Shown here one piece after another: positions 51,231 through 61,103 of a stretch of 64,000 nt of DNA. The notes beneath the pieces were generated by a model. That model did not search any database, had not been told where the DNA came from, and saw only the letters and a list, made by a program, of their open reading frames with translations. Every line of letters begins with the position of its first letter. The stretch's first letter is position 1. The stretch is taken from positions 6,052 to 70,051 of the forward strand of contig JBAZFH010000001.1 in assembly GCA_041653535.1 (NCBI GenBank). Reading direction: 5' to 3'. Origin of the DNA: Patescibacteria group bacterium. GTDB taxonomy: Bacteria; Patescibacteriota; Patescibacteriia; JACRDY01. Made by a program: the position numbers and the translations under genes.

Positions 51231-53060
51231 ATGTCGGACTGGGAAGACCAAACCGCAGGCAAAGACAGGAATCTGCATTTTTTTGTCACCGGAATGAGAA
51301 CTCTTTGGGATTTGCTCGGGCAAGAAAAAGGAAGGCTGACGGCGCTACTCGGCTGGCAAGTATTCCTTTCGTCGCTTACCCTGCTTTTTCCTTATTTACT
51401 GAAACTGGTTTTTGACCAGTTACCGCTGGTACTGGCCGGCACTGCTTCGATTGGATATATTGTTCAACTGATAGTAGCGATGTTTGTCATCAAAACCTGC
51501 GCCCAATTTTTGCATCATTTTTCCAAGGAGAAAAGATTTGCCAACAGTGTAATCTATCTGGAAAACTGGTGGCCGGTAATGGCGCAACAAAAACTGCTTG
51601 ATCTATCGCTTGGTTACCATGAAAAAGAAAACACCGGCAAAAAAATCGCTCGCATCAATAAAGGCTGTGACAAGCTGGTAGAAATTCTCATGCATCTGTT
51701 TTGGGGATTTTTGCCGCAGCTGTTTTTTCTGGTAGTGAACCTGGCTATCGTGTTAATTATTGATTGGCGACTGGGACTAGCTTTTGCTCTACCGTTTATC
51801 CCGGCAGCGATCATTAATATCAAAGCCTTTGATCGTTTTTCCGCAGACTGGGAAGAATGGGAAAGGAAAAAAGAAGTCTCGACCGGGTTTTTCTGCCAGT
51901 CGATAATCAACGTCAACACTGTTCAGAGTTTTGTTCAGGAAAAAGAAGAAGAAAGCCGTCTATGCGAAGTGCGTCAAAGCATGGAAAAATTGGACATCAA
52001 AGTTAATCGTCGGTTGCAAAAATGGCTTTTTGCCGTTGGTTCGATATTGCACCTGTGTTTTGTACTGACCATCGCTCTCGGCGTTTATCTGGTGATAAAC
52101 AAACAGACAAGTGTCGGTACATTGGTTTATCTGGTGGCCACCGGCACCGTTACTATCGATTCGCTTTGGGAGACGATCAACGTCTACATGCGAATCATGC
52201 GCAATCTAGTGGCTGTTCGCCGGATGAAAGAATTGATCGATGAACCGGTGGATATTGTTAACGGCGCTGAAGCCAAAACACTCGACGAGTTTGTTGGCGA
52301 TGTCGCCTTCGAGCAAGTAAACTTTGTTTATCCGGGCAAAACCGAGCCGGTGCTTGATGACTTTAACTTGAGTATTGCTGCCGGACAAATGGTGGCTCTG
52401 GTAGGAAAAAGCGGTGAAGGCAAAACCACAATCGCGCGACTAGTGTCTCGGATGTATGATCCGATCAATGGGCAGATAACCCTAGATCACAACGACATTC
52501 GCGATCTAGATTTGTACTGGTATCGCCGACTGTTTGCAGTAGTGCAGCAAGATGTCGACATTTTTGACGGTACGCTTTTCTACAACATCAGTTATCCGTG
52601 CGCTGGCGCTACTGAGGAGCAAGTGCTGGAAGCTTTGTCTGCCGCTCACCTAGGAGTGGTACTAAAAGACGCCAAGCGTTTTCCCGATGGCCTACAAACT
52701 CAAGTAGGCGAGCGAGGAGTACGGCTTTCTGGCGGTGAACGTCAGCGTGTCGGTATTGCTCGCGCCTATCTAGCGCTACTTTGCGGCGCAAGGATACTGA
52801 TCCTCGACGAAGCAACGTCGAGTCTGGATAGTGAAGCAGAGAGGGCGATCCAGACAATGCTTGACAAACTTCGTTCCAGGCAAGGTATTACTGTAATTGC
52901 TATTGCCCACCGGCTGTCAACTATCCAGCGCGCTGACAAAATCTGCGTGATCAGCGGCGGGACGATTACCGAGCAAGGCGATCATCAACAACTGATGAAA
53001 CAAAACGGACTCTATTCACATCTGGTTGAGCTGCAACAGCTCGGTGATTTGCGAGAATAG
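51231..53060 (+). CDS. ABC exporter, fused permease/ATPase (MsbA/multidrug type)
   Basis: TM domain; GKSGEGKT, LSGGERQR, LILDEATSSLD, IAHRLST. Confidence 0.93.
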   Translation: MSDWEDQTAGKDRNLHFFVTGMRTLWDLLGQEKGRLTALLGWQVFLSSLTLLFPYLLKLVFDQLPLVLAGTASIGYIVQLIVAMFVIKTCAQFLHHFSKEKRFANSVIYLENWWPVMAQQKLLDLSLGYHEKENTGKKIARINKGCDKLVEILMHLFWGFLPQLFFLVVNLAIVLIIDWRLGLAFALPFIPAAIINIKAFDRFSADWEEWERKKEVSTGFFCQSIINVNTVQSFVQEKEEESRLCEVRQSMEKLDIKVNRRLQKWLFAVGSILHLCFVLTIALGVYLVINKQTSVGTLVYLVATGTVTIDSLWETINVYMRIMRNLVAVRRMKELIDEPVDIVNGAEAKTLDEFVGDVAFEQVNFVYPGKTEPVLDDFNLSIAAGQMVALVGKSGEGKTTIARLVSRMYDPINGQITLDHNDIRDLDLYWYRRLFAVVQQDVDIFDGTLFYNISYPCAGATEEQVLEALSAAHLGVVLKDAKRFPDGLQTQVGERGVRLSGGERQRVGIARAYLALLCGARILILDEATSSLDSEAERAIQTMLDKLRSRQGITVIAIAHRLSTIQRADKICVISGGTITEQGDHQQLMKQNGLYSHLVELQQLGDLRE

Positions 53061-53217
53061 ATAGTTCAATCAACCAAAGCCCCTGGCAGCAATGTCGGGG
53101 GTTTTTAATAGCGCATAGCCGATAGTCCTCCTTCGCCAAGGCTGCGGCGTACAGGCTCATAGCTGATAGGGGATAAAAAAATAACGCCGGTAATTTTTGG
53201 TTACCGGCGTTGATGTG

Positions 53218-53799
53218 TTAAGGCGTGGTTCTATAGAGAGGGTCGATGATCTGTAGTTCTTTGTTGGCGTGCCAGAAGTGTTCGAGAGATCCTTTGTGTC
53301 TATTCCACCACTCAACTTCTTTTGTTGGCTCAATGAACTCTGGCCAAAGGAATGGAATGTGTATGGAGCTGAGAGCTACGCCTGTGACATCGTTGCTATC
53401 GGCGCGTATCCGTATTAATTTGTTGCCATCAAAGGTATGGCCATAGAGTTTCATGATAATACGGATCGACACGTCTTCGTAATGCGGCGCTTTAGCTTTT
53501 TGGATGGAGTAATCCAGTCCGGACTCTACGTCTGATTCTAGCTCTGTCCAAACTTCGCTGGCCTGTTTGAATAGATCTGTCCACAGATAGCGAGTATTTG
53601 GGCTAAGAAAATGCAGCTCGTAGCAAAGTTCATAAAGCCGCAGTGCTTCTGGCAGGTCGAGCAGTCGTGGACCGAGACGATGTCGTATGCGCCAGTTGCC
53701 AGCGCCGTAGGCTTTGTCGTAACCGGCCAGCCTGTCATTTTTGGCTTCGCCAAACCATCCGGGGTTAGAGACTGTTATCCAACGTTTTGACAGCTTCAT
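53218..53799 (-). CDS. Hypothetical protein
   Basis: 193 aa, AAGGAG RBS, terminator at 53183-53211. Confidence 0.7.
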   Translation of the reverse strand: MKLSKRWITVSNPGWFGEAKNDRLAGYDKAYGAGNWRIRHRLGPRLLDLPEALRLYELCYELHFLSPNTRYLWTDLFKQASEVWTELESDVESGLDYSIQKAKAPHYEDVSIRIIMKLYGHTFDGNKLIRIRADSNDVTGVALSSIHIPFLWPEFIEPTKEVEWWNRHKGSLEHFWHANKELQIIDPLYRTTP

Positions 53800-53926
53800 C
53801 TGTTTGCTCCTTTTTTAGTTTTGGTATTTCAAGACAGTATTCTATTTTAGCGGGGGAGTAATATTATGTCAATAATTGTTGGACAAATGTTGACGAAATC
53901 CTGACAACAGTTTACACTGAGTCTAT

Positions 53927-54700
53927 ATGGAAATACAATCAATGCTCAAAAAAATAGGATTAAATGACAAAGAGGTTAAAGTTTATTTAACCTTATTTGA
54001 AAATGGGGCAACCAAACCGACGGTTTTGGCAAAGATGACAAAGTTAAATCGAGCCACTTTATATAATGTAGCTCAAGGGTTAATTTCCAAAGGAATTGTT
54101 TCCGGAGATTTGAGTGGCAAGTCGCTTGTTTTTACGCCACTGCCACCTAGTGATTTAGAAAAGATTCTTGCTCCAGCTAAAAGAGATTTGGAGGAGAAGG
54201 CGAGTTTAATCGAAGAGGCGGTTAGCGAGCTTAACTTAATAGTTAGCGGCAAGCAATATCCTATACCCAAAATTAGGTTTATCGAAGAAAATAATTTAGA
54301 AAAATTTCTTTTTGATAATTTAGAAAAATGGCAGGATGAAGTGATTGGTTCCGATGGTGTCTGGTGGGGCTACCAAGATCATACCTTTGCCGCTAGCTTT
54401 GAAAAGTGGCTGGACCAAACTTGGCGAACAACTCAAAGTAAAAATAGTCATTATCAGGCGCAAGTTTTTAGTAATGTGTCGGAAACCGAAAGCAAGCTGA
54501 AACGTAAATATGCCAATCCTAAACGACAAGTTAGGTTTTTAGAAAATACCAGTTTTACTGCTACCACTTGGGTTTGTGGCGATTATTTGATTATGATTAT
54601 GACGCAGCAACACCCATATTATCTGATAGAGATTCATGACCAGTTTTTGGCTCAAAATACCAAGGAAGTTTTTAAGAAACTTTGGGAGCTATCGAAATAG
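53927..54700 (+). CDS. TrmB-family HTH transcriptional regulator
   Basis: L..IGL...E..VYL.L...G......LA..T.L.R.T.Y.....L..KG.V. Confidence 0.88.
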   Translation: MEIQSMLKKIGLNDKEVKVYLTLFENGATKPTVLAKMTKLNRATLYNVAQGLISKGIVSGDLSGKSLVFTPLPPSDLEKILAPAKRDLEEKASLIEEAVSELNLIVSGKQYPIPKIRFIEENNLEKFLFDNLEKWQDEVIGSDGVWWGYQDHTFAASFEKWLDQTWRTTQSKNSHYQAQVFSNVSETESKLKRKYANPKRQVRFLENTSFTATTWVCGDYLIMIMTQQHPYYLIEIHDQFLAQNTKEVFKKLWELSK

Positions 54701-54715
54701 CTTTTAGCACCTTTG

Positions 54716-54897
54716 TTGTCATCCTGAACCCTTCGTCCCGCGTCGCGGGACTCAGGATAAACTCCGTTAAGGATCCCTCTTGATTGCCCACGACGGAAAA
54801 ATACTAATATTCACGTAATCATCGACGATTAAGTTTTATTTAATATTCGCTTTCATTTCTTTTCTGGAGGGATTCTTCGCTCCGCTCAGAATGACAA
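54716..54897. repeat. REP/MITE-like element with GTCATCCTGA...TCAGAATGAC ends
   Basis: Terminal IR TTGTCATCCTGA / TCAGAATGACAA with internal GGATCCCT/AGGGATTC pairing. Confidence 0.6.
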
Positions 54898-54943
54898 TCC
54901 CCAACTACCAACTACCAACTACCGTATGCTATAATTATTCCAT

Positions 54944-56038
54944 ATGAACAAACAACAAGAAATCCTGGCCTTATCTAAACGGCTTATCTCTATACCCAGC
55001 GTGGTGGGTGATTTTGCGGCACAGCAAAAATGTCTAGATTTTATAGAAAGATATTTCAAAGGATTGCCGGCATTAAAAGTGAAGCGGTTTCGGTTTGGCG
55101 ATCACGGCTCACTACTGTTTTATAATCAATCAGTCAAAAATCCCGACGTTTGTTTTTACGGTCACGTAGATGTGGTTAAAGCAGAAAAAAGACAGTTTTC
55201 TCCTAAGGTCAAAGGTGACAAACTTTTCGGCCGAGGAGCAAGCGACATGAAAGCGGTACTTGCTGCGCAGATGGTGCTACTCAAAGATTTGATAAAGTCG
55301 GGATATGCCGGTTCGGTTGCTTTGCTTGTCGTCACCGACGAAGAAATCGGCGGCGCGCTTGGTGCACAGAAAATTGCTGACGAGTTTAATTTTAGACCGG
55401 GATGCATTTTGGTTCCCGACGGCGGTGACAATTGGAAAATGTCGATCGGCGAAAAAGGTGTACACTGGACAGAAATTGCTTTTGAAGGAAAACCGGATCA
55501 CGGTTCACGGCCGTGGCTGGGGGTTAATGCTGGTGAAGAACTAATGGCGGCTTATGAAAAAATCAAGAAATCTTTTCGGCAAGCTAAATCAGAAAAAGAC
55601 AGTTTGTTGACCATTAATCTTGGCGCAATCGAGGGTGGAGTGAACTATAACCAAGTGATGCCTAGCGCGACCATGGGTCTGGATATCCGTTACCCCAAAA
55701 ATATTAAACTATCAGAAATCAAGAAAAAAATTAAAGCAGCACTACCGCTATATGCCAAGGTGAAAAGTTTGGAAGAGTCGCCAGCTTGGTCAGTGGATCT
55801 GGATAATAAACTGATCAAAAGATTTACCCGTTCCGCTTGCAAAGTTTTACGTCGCAAAAAAATCGAACAGCAGATTTCCTGTGGCGCATCTGACGCCCGG
55901 ATGTTTGGTTGGATTGGTGTGCCGACGATTGTTTTCAAACCCGTCTGTGGTGGGATGCATTCTCGTGATGAGTGGGTGAGTATAAAAGCATTGGGTAAAT
56001 TTTACGATATTTACAAGGACTTTTTGCTTAGCAAATAA
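54944..56038 (+). CDS. M20-family metallopeptidase/amidohydrolase (DapE/ArgE-like)
   Basis: GHVDVV, GRGASDMK, DEEIGG, GEKG, HGS.P, SDAR, G.HS.DE. Confidence 0.92.
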   Translation: MNKQQEILALSKRLISIPSVVGDFAAQQKCLDFIERYFKGLPALKVKRFRFGDHGSLLFYNQSVKNPDVCFYGHVDVVKAEKRQFSPKVKGDKLFGRGASDMKAVLAAQMVLLKDLIKSGYAGSVALLVVTDEEIGGALGAQKIADEFNFRPGCILVPDGGDNWKMSIGEKGVHWTEIAFEGKPDHGSRPWLGVNAGEELMAAYEKIKKSFRQAKSEKDSLLTINLGAIEGGVNYNQVMPSATMGLDIRYPKNIKLSEIKKKIKAALPLYAKVKSLEESPAWSVDLDNKLIKRFTRSACKVLRRKKIEQQISCGASDARMFGWIGVPTIVFKPVCGGMHSRDEWVSIKALGKFYDIYKDFLLSK

Positions 56039-56081
56039 AGCTGTTTGACAACGGTTCTACCCAGAGTTACGATAAAGATGT

Positions 56082-56156
56082 ATGAATAGTATTTATCAAT
56101 CTTTTGTTTTCTTTTTCGGATTTTTCTTTAGAAAGCGGGGATTTGATATTGCTTAA
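56082..56156 (+). CDS. Putative 24-aa Phe-rich micro-ORF (leader or precursor peptide) MNSIYQSFVFFFGFFFRKRGFDIA
   Basis: 8 of 24 codons are Phe; starts near the TSS expected from TTGACA(56045)-17-TACGAT; hairpin at 56187-56214 follows. Confidence 0.4.
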   Translation: MNSIYQSFVFFFGFFFRKRGFDIA

Positions 56157-56250
56157 AGATTGACAAAACTGATCAAAAGTGATATAAATCCCTATCAATC
56201 CCGATAGGGGTTTTTAGTTCGTTAAAAACGAAAAGAAAGGAGTGCTAAAA

Positions 56251-57393
56251 ATGCAGCACAGGGGTATCTTTTTTCATCACACTCGAGATGTCGTTGATGG
56301 TATGCCCGAGTTGCTGTTTAGTTTTCCTTTGCGGATGCTAATAGCGGCTCGGCAGGGTGACAAGGTAGTACTACCGATCGGCGTCGAGCCGCTGGAGTTG
56401 GAATTACTTAACCGTCTCGGCTTTGGTCCGCGACCGGAAGACGTAGTTTACGTTGATGGCAATTTGACTTCGGCGGATTTGCACGGCAAGGTGTTTCCGT
56501 TTTCCGGTTGCTCAGTGCAGCAGCGACAAATGGTTGAGTTGGCAGGACTAGACTTTGCCGCACCGTCTTTGGAGATTTGTCGTCAGGCTGACAGCAAAGC
56601 TTTTTTTCAGTCGGTGCTTCATGATTTGCGTCTGCGGCCGTTTGGTAGGATCGTGGTAACCGGCGATCGAGAGAGGATGAAGGAAGTGGTCAAGGAAATG
56701 CTTTCTCGTCACGGGTCGCTACTACTAAAAGCAGCGCACTCAACTAGCGGTTTGCAGCAACACTTGATCATGTCGCTTGCAGACTTGCCGGAAGATTTGG
56801 CGCTGAAAGGAAAAGCGGTGGTGCAGGAATTTATTCCGCACGTTGTTTCTCCCTCGGCGCAATACTACCTGAAACCGGGCGGTAACTGGAAATTGAATTC
56901 CATGACCACGCAGATTTTGGACGGTCGTCATCATGTGGGAAATATTTTCCCGCCGACTGATCTGTCGCCGGAAGTGATTGCCGAGATTGAAAAAATCGGC
57001 AGTCGTATCGTGCCGCGTTACGCTGAGCTTGGATACTACGGTCCGCTTAGCGTAGACTTTATGCTAACGGAAAACAATCGGTTGTTTCCCTGTGAGGTCA
57101 ACGCTCGAGTTACCGCTCCGTGGTACCCTTGGGAAGCGGCTCGGCGCAACTTGGGCGCGCCGGTTCCATTTTGGATGAAAAGTCTGCGGATTAATCCAAA
57201 GACAACGATTGCAAAAATGGAAAAAGTCTTGGGAAAACTTTTGTTTAACCCCAAGACCAAAAAAGGCGCGCTGCCTTTCTCTTTTTTGCCCAAGCAGAAT
57301 TTTACCTATCTGGTGATTTACGGTTCGAATCAAAACGAATTCGTGAACCGTCTAGTGCCCCAAGTACAGTGGGCACTGGCTAAACTAGGCTAA
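56251..57393 (+). CDS. ATP-grasp protein, PGM1-related/pre-ATP-grasp type
   Basis: DSKA.F, LLK....SG, VVQEF, S.Q, H.GN, GY.G..SVDF, EVNARVT. Confidence 0.8.
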   Translation: MQHRGIFFHHTRDVVDGMPELLFSFPLRMLIAARQGDKVVLPIGVEPLELELLNRLGFGPRPEDVVYVDGNLTSADLHGKVFPFSGCSVQQRQMVELAGLDFAAPSLEICRQADSKAFFQSVLHDLRLRPFGRIVVTGDRERMKEVVKEMLSRHGSLLLKAAHSTSGLQQHLIMSLADLPEDLALKGKAVVQEFIPHVVSPSAQYYLKPGGNWKLNSMTTQILDGRHHVGNIFPPTDLSPEVIAEIEKIGSRIVPRYAELGYYGPLSVDFMLTENNRLFPCEVNARVTAPWYPWEAARRNLGAPVPFWMKSLRINPKTTIAKMEKVLGKLLFNPKTKKGALPFSFLPKQNFTYLVIYGSNQNEFVNRLVPQVQWALAKLG

Positions 57394-57449
57394 CAATCAA
57401 TGAACCGTCTCGCTACGCAGTGGGACGGTTTTTCTTTTTTCCACGACTG

Positions 57450-57656
57450 CTCTCATGCCGCCTGCCTGCCGGTAGGCAGGGGTAGGCAGATACCCAGCCG
57501 CAGAGCCCTGCAGCTGGGTAACCAAAGATTTTCGGGGGTGGCATAAGCCCGAGTTTTATAGCACCTTAAGGTTCTTTAAACCCGCCTCGCCCCTTCCGCT
57601 CACTTACGTTCGACTCTCGGGGTTCGGCTCGGGGCAACGCCACCCCCGAACCCCCG
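57450..57656. repeat. ~190-bp structured dispersed repeat, copy 2
   Basis: Near-identical blocks to copy 3 (CAAAGATTTTCGGGGGTGGCATAA.CCCGAGTTTTATAGCACCTTAAGGTT). Confidence 0.8.
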
Positions 57657-57801
57657 ATGCTAAGCATTTTTATTTTATACATAATAAAAAATAAAAAGGA
57701 GTATTGACGGTAAGAAAAAAAGCTGTTAAATTACAAATTCGAGGCTTTTTGAAAAACAACAAAGCGAAAAAAAATACAGGAGGCTATACAGGAGGCTATA
57801 A

Positions 57802-59052
57802 ATGAGAGGTGCTAACGCTGCGGTACATATCCATGACGTTGTTGCGTCTTACCCTCTGCAAACAGTGCCGGGGCTAGGACGCTACGCTTGGCGATCACTA
57901 CTTCTCAAAGGAGCAAAGGTTGTCGGGCGTCATCCCAGTTTGAACGACTATCTTGCTTTTCTTAAGGAGGTGAAGGTTGGTAATGGCGGGGAAGTACTAA
58001 CTGCTTATGACGATCATCTTTACGACGTTGTTTTGGGCGATCGTAACTTACAGCGCGAGATTGATCGTTTGCTGTGCGTTGAAGATCGAACACTGCGACT
58101 ATTTGCCATCACCGAAAATGATGAAAAATTTTTGCGGTTGACCGGTTGGCAGAAAAAATCCGAGGTTTTTGCTCCGCCGCTACAGCTTTCGCTACGGGCA
58201 AATGACAAGGCATTTTTACGCCGGCTGGCGGTAGAAAAAGGAATCGGAAATATTTTTCCGCCCTTTGTTATCGTTGCAACAGTTGACGGTCTGGCCCGAG
58301 CGGTGGAGAGGATGTCTCGTGTCAATGACAGTGACTTTATCGTGGTCAAAGCAACCAATCTGGCCAGCGGTGAAGGCATGACTTTCACCAGTGAAAGAGA
58401 AAAGGCGATTGCCTTTGGTCGCAAGCTTTTTGCCAATGGTCAAAAAGAGGTGATTGTCGAAGCCGGCTACGACTCTGACAGTTATAGTATGCAATGGGAG
58501 CTGCGCCCACGCGATTTTCGCTTTCTCGGTGCGTCAGCTCAAATCATGAGTCATCACGGTAAAGTGCATGAAGGTAATATCGTGTCTTCGTCTTTACGGC
58601 AACTACCCGGTATTACCGAAAGAGAAATTGCTCGGATGCAGGGTCGCGCTTATCCACTGATCGATTGGTTTTGGCGGCAAGGACACCGCGGTATCTTTGG
58701 AATTGATTTTATCAAAACCAAGAAAGAACGTCGGCATCGTTTGCTACTGCTGGAATCCAATGCTCGTGTCACTGCCAGTACTTATCCTTTTTCGGTCGGT
58801 CGACAGCTTGCCGATCGCGGCATCGTTGAATACGGTATTGCCGCGCGAAATTGCTATCCATCAAGTCAGATGAATTGGGATGGACTGGTGAAGTTTTTGG
58901 GTAGCGATATTTTCGACGGAGAGAAAGGGATCTTACCTTATATTCCTAACTGTTTGCCGGAAAAAGTCGGGCTGATGGCGATCGCACCAGACGCTCCGGC
59001 TGCCGAAGATATGCTGGCGCACTACCACTGGGCGCTAGCACGTAATACGTAA
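57802..59052 (+). CDS. Second ATP-grasp protein, PGM1-related/pre-ATP-grasp type
   Basis: NDKA.L, VVK....SG.G, VIVE, S.Q, HEGN, G..G..GIDF, ESNARVT; RBS block TACAGGAGGCTA tandemly duplicated. Confidence 0.8.
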   Translation: MRGANAAVHIHDVVASYPLQTVPGLGRYAWRSLLLKGAKVVGRHPSLNDYLAFLKEVKVGNGGEVLTAYDDHLYDVVLGDRNLQREIDRLLCVEDRTLRLFAITENDEKFLRLTGWQKKSEVFAPPLQLSLRANDKAFLRRLAVEKGIGNIFPPFVIVATVDGLARAVERMSRVNDSDFIVVKATNLASGEGMTFTSEREKAIAFGRKLFANGQKEVIVEAGYDSDSYSMQWELRPRDFRFLGASAQIMSHHGKVHEGNIVSSSLRQLPGITEREIARMQGRAYPLIDWFWRQGHRGIFGIDFIKTKKERRHRLLLLESNARVTASTYPFSVGRQLADRGIVEYGIAARNCYPSSQMNWDGLVKFLGSDIFDGEKGILPYIPNCLPEKVGLMAIAPDAPAAEDMLAHYHWALARNT

Positions 59053-59187
59053 ACAATAAGTCAGAACCCCCGTTCGTCTAGGCGAATGGGGGTTTTAAAA
59101 TTGCTCCCTTCTGTGTGCGGTGAAGGCGTTTGTTAATAAGTTCTTGGATAATGAAACGAACACCTTTATTTTACTATTAGTTTTTTG

Positions 59188-59377
59188 CCCTCATGCCGGG
59201 CCGGCAGATACTTTCTGCAAACAGAAAGTATCCAAAGATTTTCGGGGGTGGCATAAACCCGAGTTTATAGCACCTTAAGGTTTTCTTACCCCGCCTCAAC
59301 CCATTCCGCTCGCCCCGCCAAGGCGGGGCTCGACTCTCAGGGTTTCGGCTCGGGGCAATGCCACCCCCGAACCCCCG
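59188..59377. repeat. ~190-bp structured dispersed repeat, copy 3
   Basis: Shares blocks with copy 2 but lacks the nested CCTGCCTGCCGGTAGGCAGG palindrome. Confidence 0.8.
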
Positions 59378-59488
59378 TAATTTTAGTATTTTAATATTTT
59401 TTTAAAACACCTGCCCTCGCGCAGATTTGTCGTCCTTAATTTTTCGATTTAAAAAACCGTCCTACTGTATAGCGGGACGGTTGGTTTT

Positions 59489-59722
59489 CTAGGTGATGCT
59501 GGCGACGTCTTTGTTTGTGAGAAAAACTACGTCGGCAAAGCCCTTTTTGATAAGAATGCCGCCGGGCACAATGGCGGGCGTTCTGCTGCCGTCCGGCGCG
59601 GTCGCTATTTGCGCTTGCGATGCGATATGTCTTAAGATTTCTCCGGTGATCTTTTCGCCGTCAACTAGAGTAACGGTAACCAGGTTACTTCTGAGGAATA
59701 TCGGACCGATGACATTTTTCAC
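59489..59722 (-). CDS. Small hypothetical protein (possibly Sm-like beta fold)
   Basis: 77 aa, GTG start with AGGAGG; V.VTL.DG..I.G pattern. Confidence 0.6.
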   Translation of the reverse strand: MKNVIGPIFLRSNLVTVTLVDGEKITGEILRHIASQAQIATAPDGSRTPAIVPGGILIKKGFADVVFLTNKDVASIT

Positions 59723-59738
59723 TTTTTGTCCTCCTTTA

Positions 59739-60881
59739 TTAAAACTTTGGTTCGTAGCTTTGTTTGAATACAGAAACCACTTTTTCTTCGGCTAGAACCA
59801 GATCGTTACCGGCGATTTTGAACCGGACAAAGTTTTTGTCGCCAATCGGGATAAATTCGGTCAAAGCTTTTTGCAAGTCAGTAGAACCCAAGGATCTGGC
59901 AAAAACGCCAATATTCAAATTATCAAGGTGATAAAGCAAAATCGCTACATCGACATTTGGTACGGCGCTGAGCAGTTCATCGATGATATCGGGTAACGCG
60001 CTGCCGTCGGTTTTGGTATCGGCAAAATCTTGTTCGCTGATAGTAGCGGTAATCAGTTTGCCGCCGTAGTGCTCTTTGAGTTTGGTTAGTGTTTGTCCCC
60101 ATAGTTTGAGCGTGGCAACATCACGACTATAATAAAGGTTTTTCACTATTTCTTCGCGGCGCGCTTCGTTTTTGATCAAGTCGCTGGAAATTTGCAAAGT
60201 ATAAGGATTAATCATTCCCGCTTTGAAACTTTTGGTTTTATCAATAATGCCGGTCAGCAGGCAGGTGTTTACATCCGGGCTGAAAAGTTTTTCATTCCAG
60301 GATTTAATCAGGTTATAAAGCACGCCGCAGGTCGATGATGATGTCATATCTATAAAATTGATTTGACCGTATTGTTCGTTCGCCGGAGAATAATCGATAT
60401 TCAAAATTGGTCGGCGAAAGAAAAATTCCCTGTTTTTGGAAAACACGTCGCCAAGCGATTCCAGATCGGGAGTGTCAATGATGATAATTTGGTCGTAACG
60501 CCAGTCGGAAATACTCGCTCGTACATCCTGTGGCCCGAAAAACTCATTTTGCGGAGAAAGAAATATTTTTAGCTGTTCGCCGTCTGTATCATAGTGAAAC
60601 TCGTCTTGTTTTATTTTGTTTTTATCAATACTGATAATCATCCGGCGAAGAGTTTCCAGGGTCGGTTTGACATTTTCATTTCCAGGCAAAAATTTGTATC
60701 CTTTGGGTAAAATAAAACCATCACAAACCACATCGGGGAGTTTGCCCATTTTTTGCAGGATCAGATTTAGAGCTAGCGCGCCAGCCAAAGCGTCGCCAGA
60801 AAAATGTTTACGGAAAACAATTAACGGTTTGTTCGTTTTGACTAGTGCGGCAATAGCCTGCTGTTCGATAGTTAGACCCAT
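59739..60881 (-). CDS. DHH/NrnA-like phosphoesterase homolog with degenerate motifs
   Basis: GDALA, IIIDTP, NIDYS in place of IDHH, LLTGII.KT..F. Confidence 0.75.
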   Translation of the reverse strand: MGLTIEQQAIAALVKTNKPLIVFRKHFSGDALAGALALNLILQKMGKLPDVVCDGFILPKGYKFLPGNENVKPTLETLRRMIISIDKNKIKQDEFHYDTDGEQLKIFLSPQNEFFGPQDVRASISDWRYDQIIIIDTPDLESLGDVFSKNREFFFRRPILNIDYSPANEQYGQINFIDMTSSSTCGVLYNLIKSWNEKLFSPDVNTCLLTGIIDKTKSFKAGMINPYTLQISSDLIKNEARREEIVKNLYYSRDVATLKLWGQTLTKLKEHYGGKLITATISEQDFADTKTDGSALPDIIDELLSAVPNVDVAILLYHLDNLNIGVFARSLGSTDLQKALTEFIPIGDKNFVRFKIAGNDLVLAEEKVVSVFKQSYEPKF

Positions 60882-61103
60882 GGGAGATAATTACGAATTA
60901 ATAATTACGAATTAATAATAAGGTTAATGTGGTTAGCTTTTCATTATATAGAAGTGGCAAGATAAGGTCAAGGGTGGTGATTGTTAAGATTAAAAAAGGC
61001 AGAACTGTAAAGTCCGAGTATCCAGCCATTGAAAAGCGTCGTTAATATTGGTAAGATAGGATAAGCAGTTATTTATCTAAAATTCCGCTTATTTTTTTAT
61101 ATT

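Noticed and set aside
59739-60881. Loss of the DHH motif as a novelty
   Set aside because: Degenerate NrnA-like homologs are, to my knowledge, common in CPR; nothing else here is distinctive
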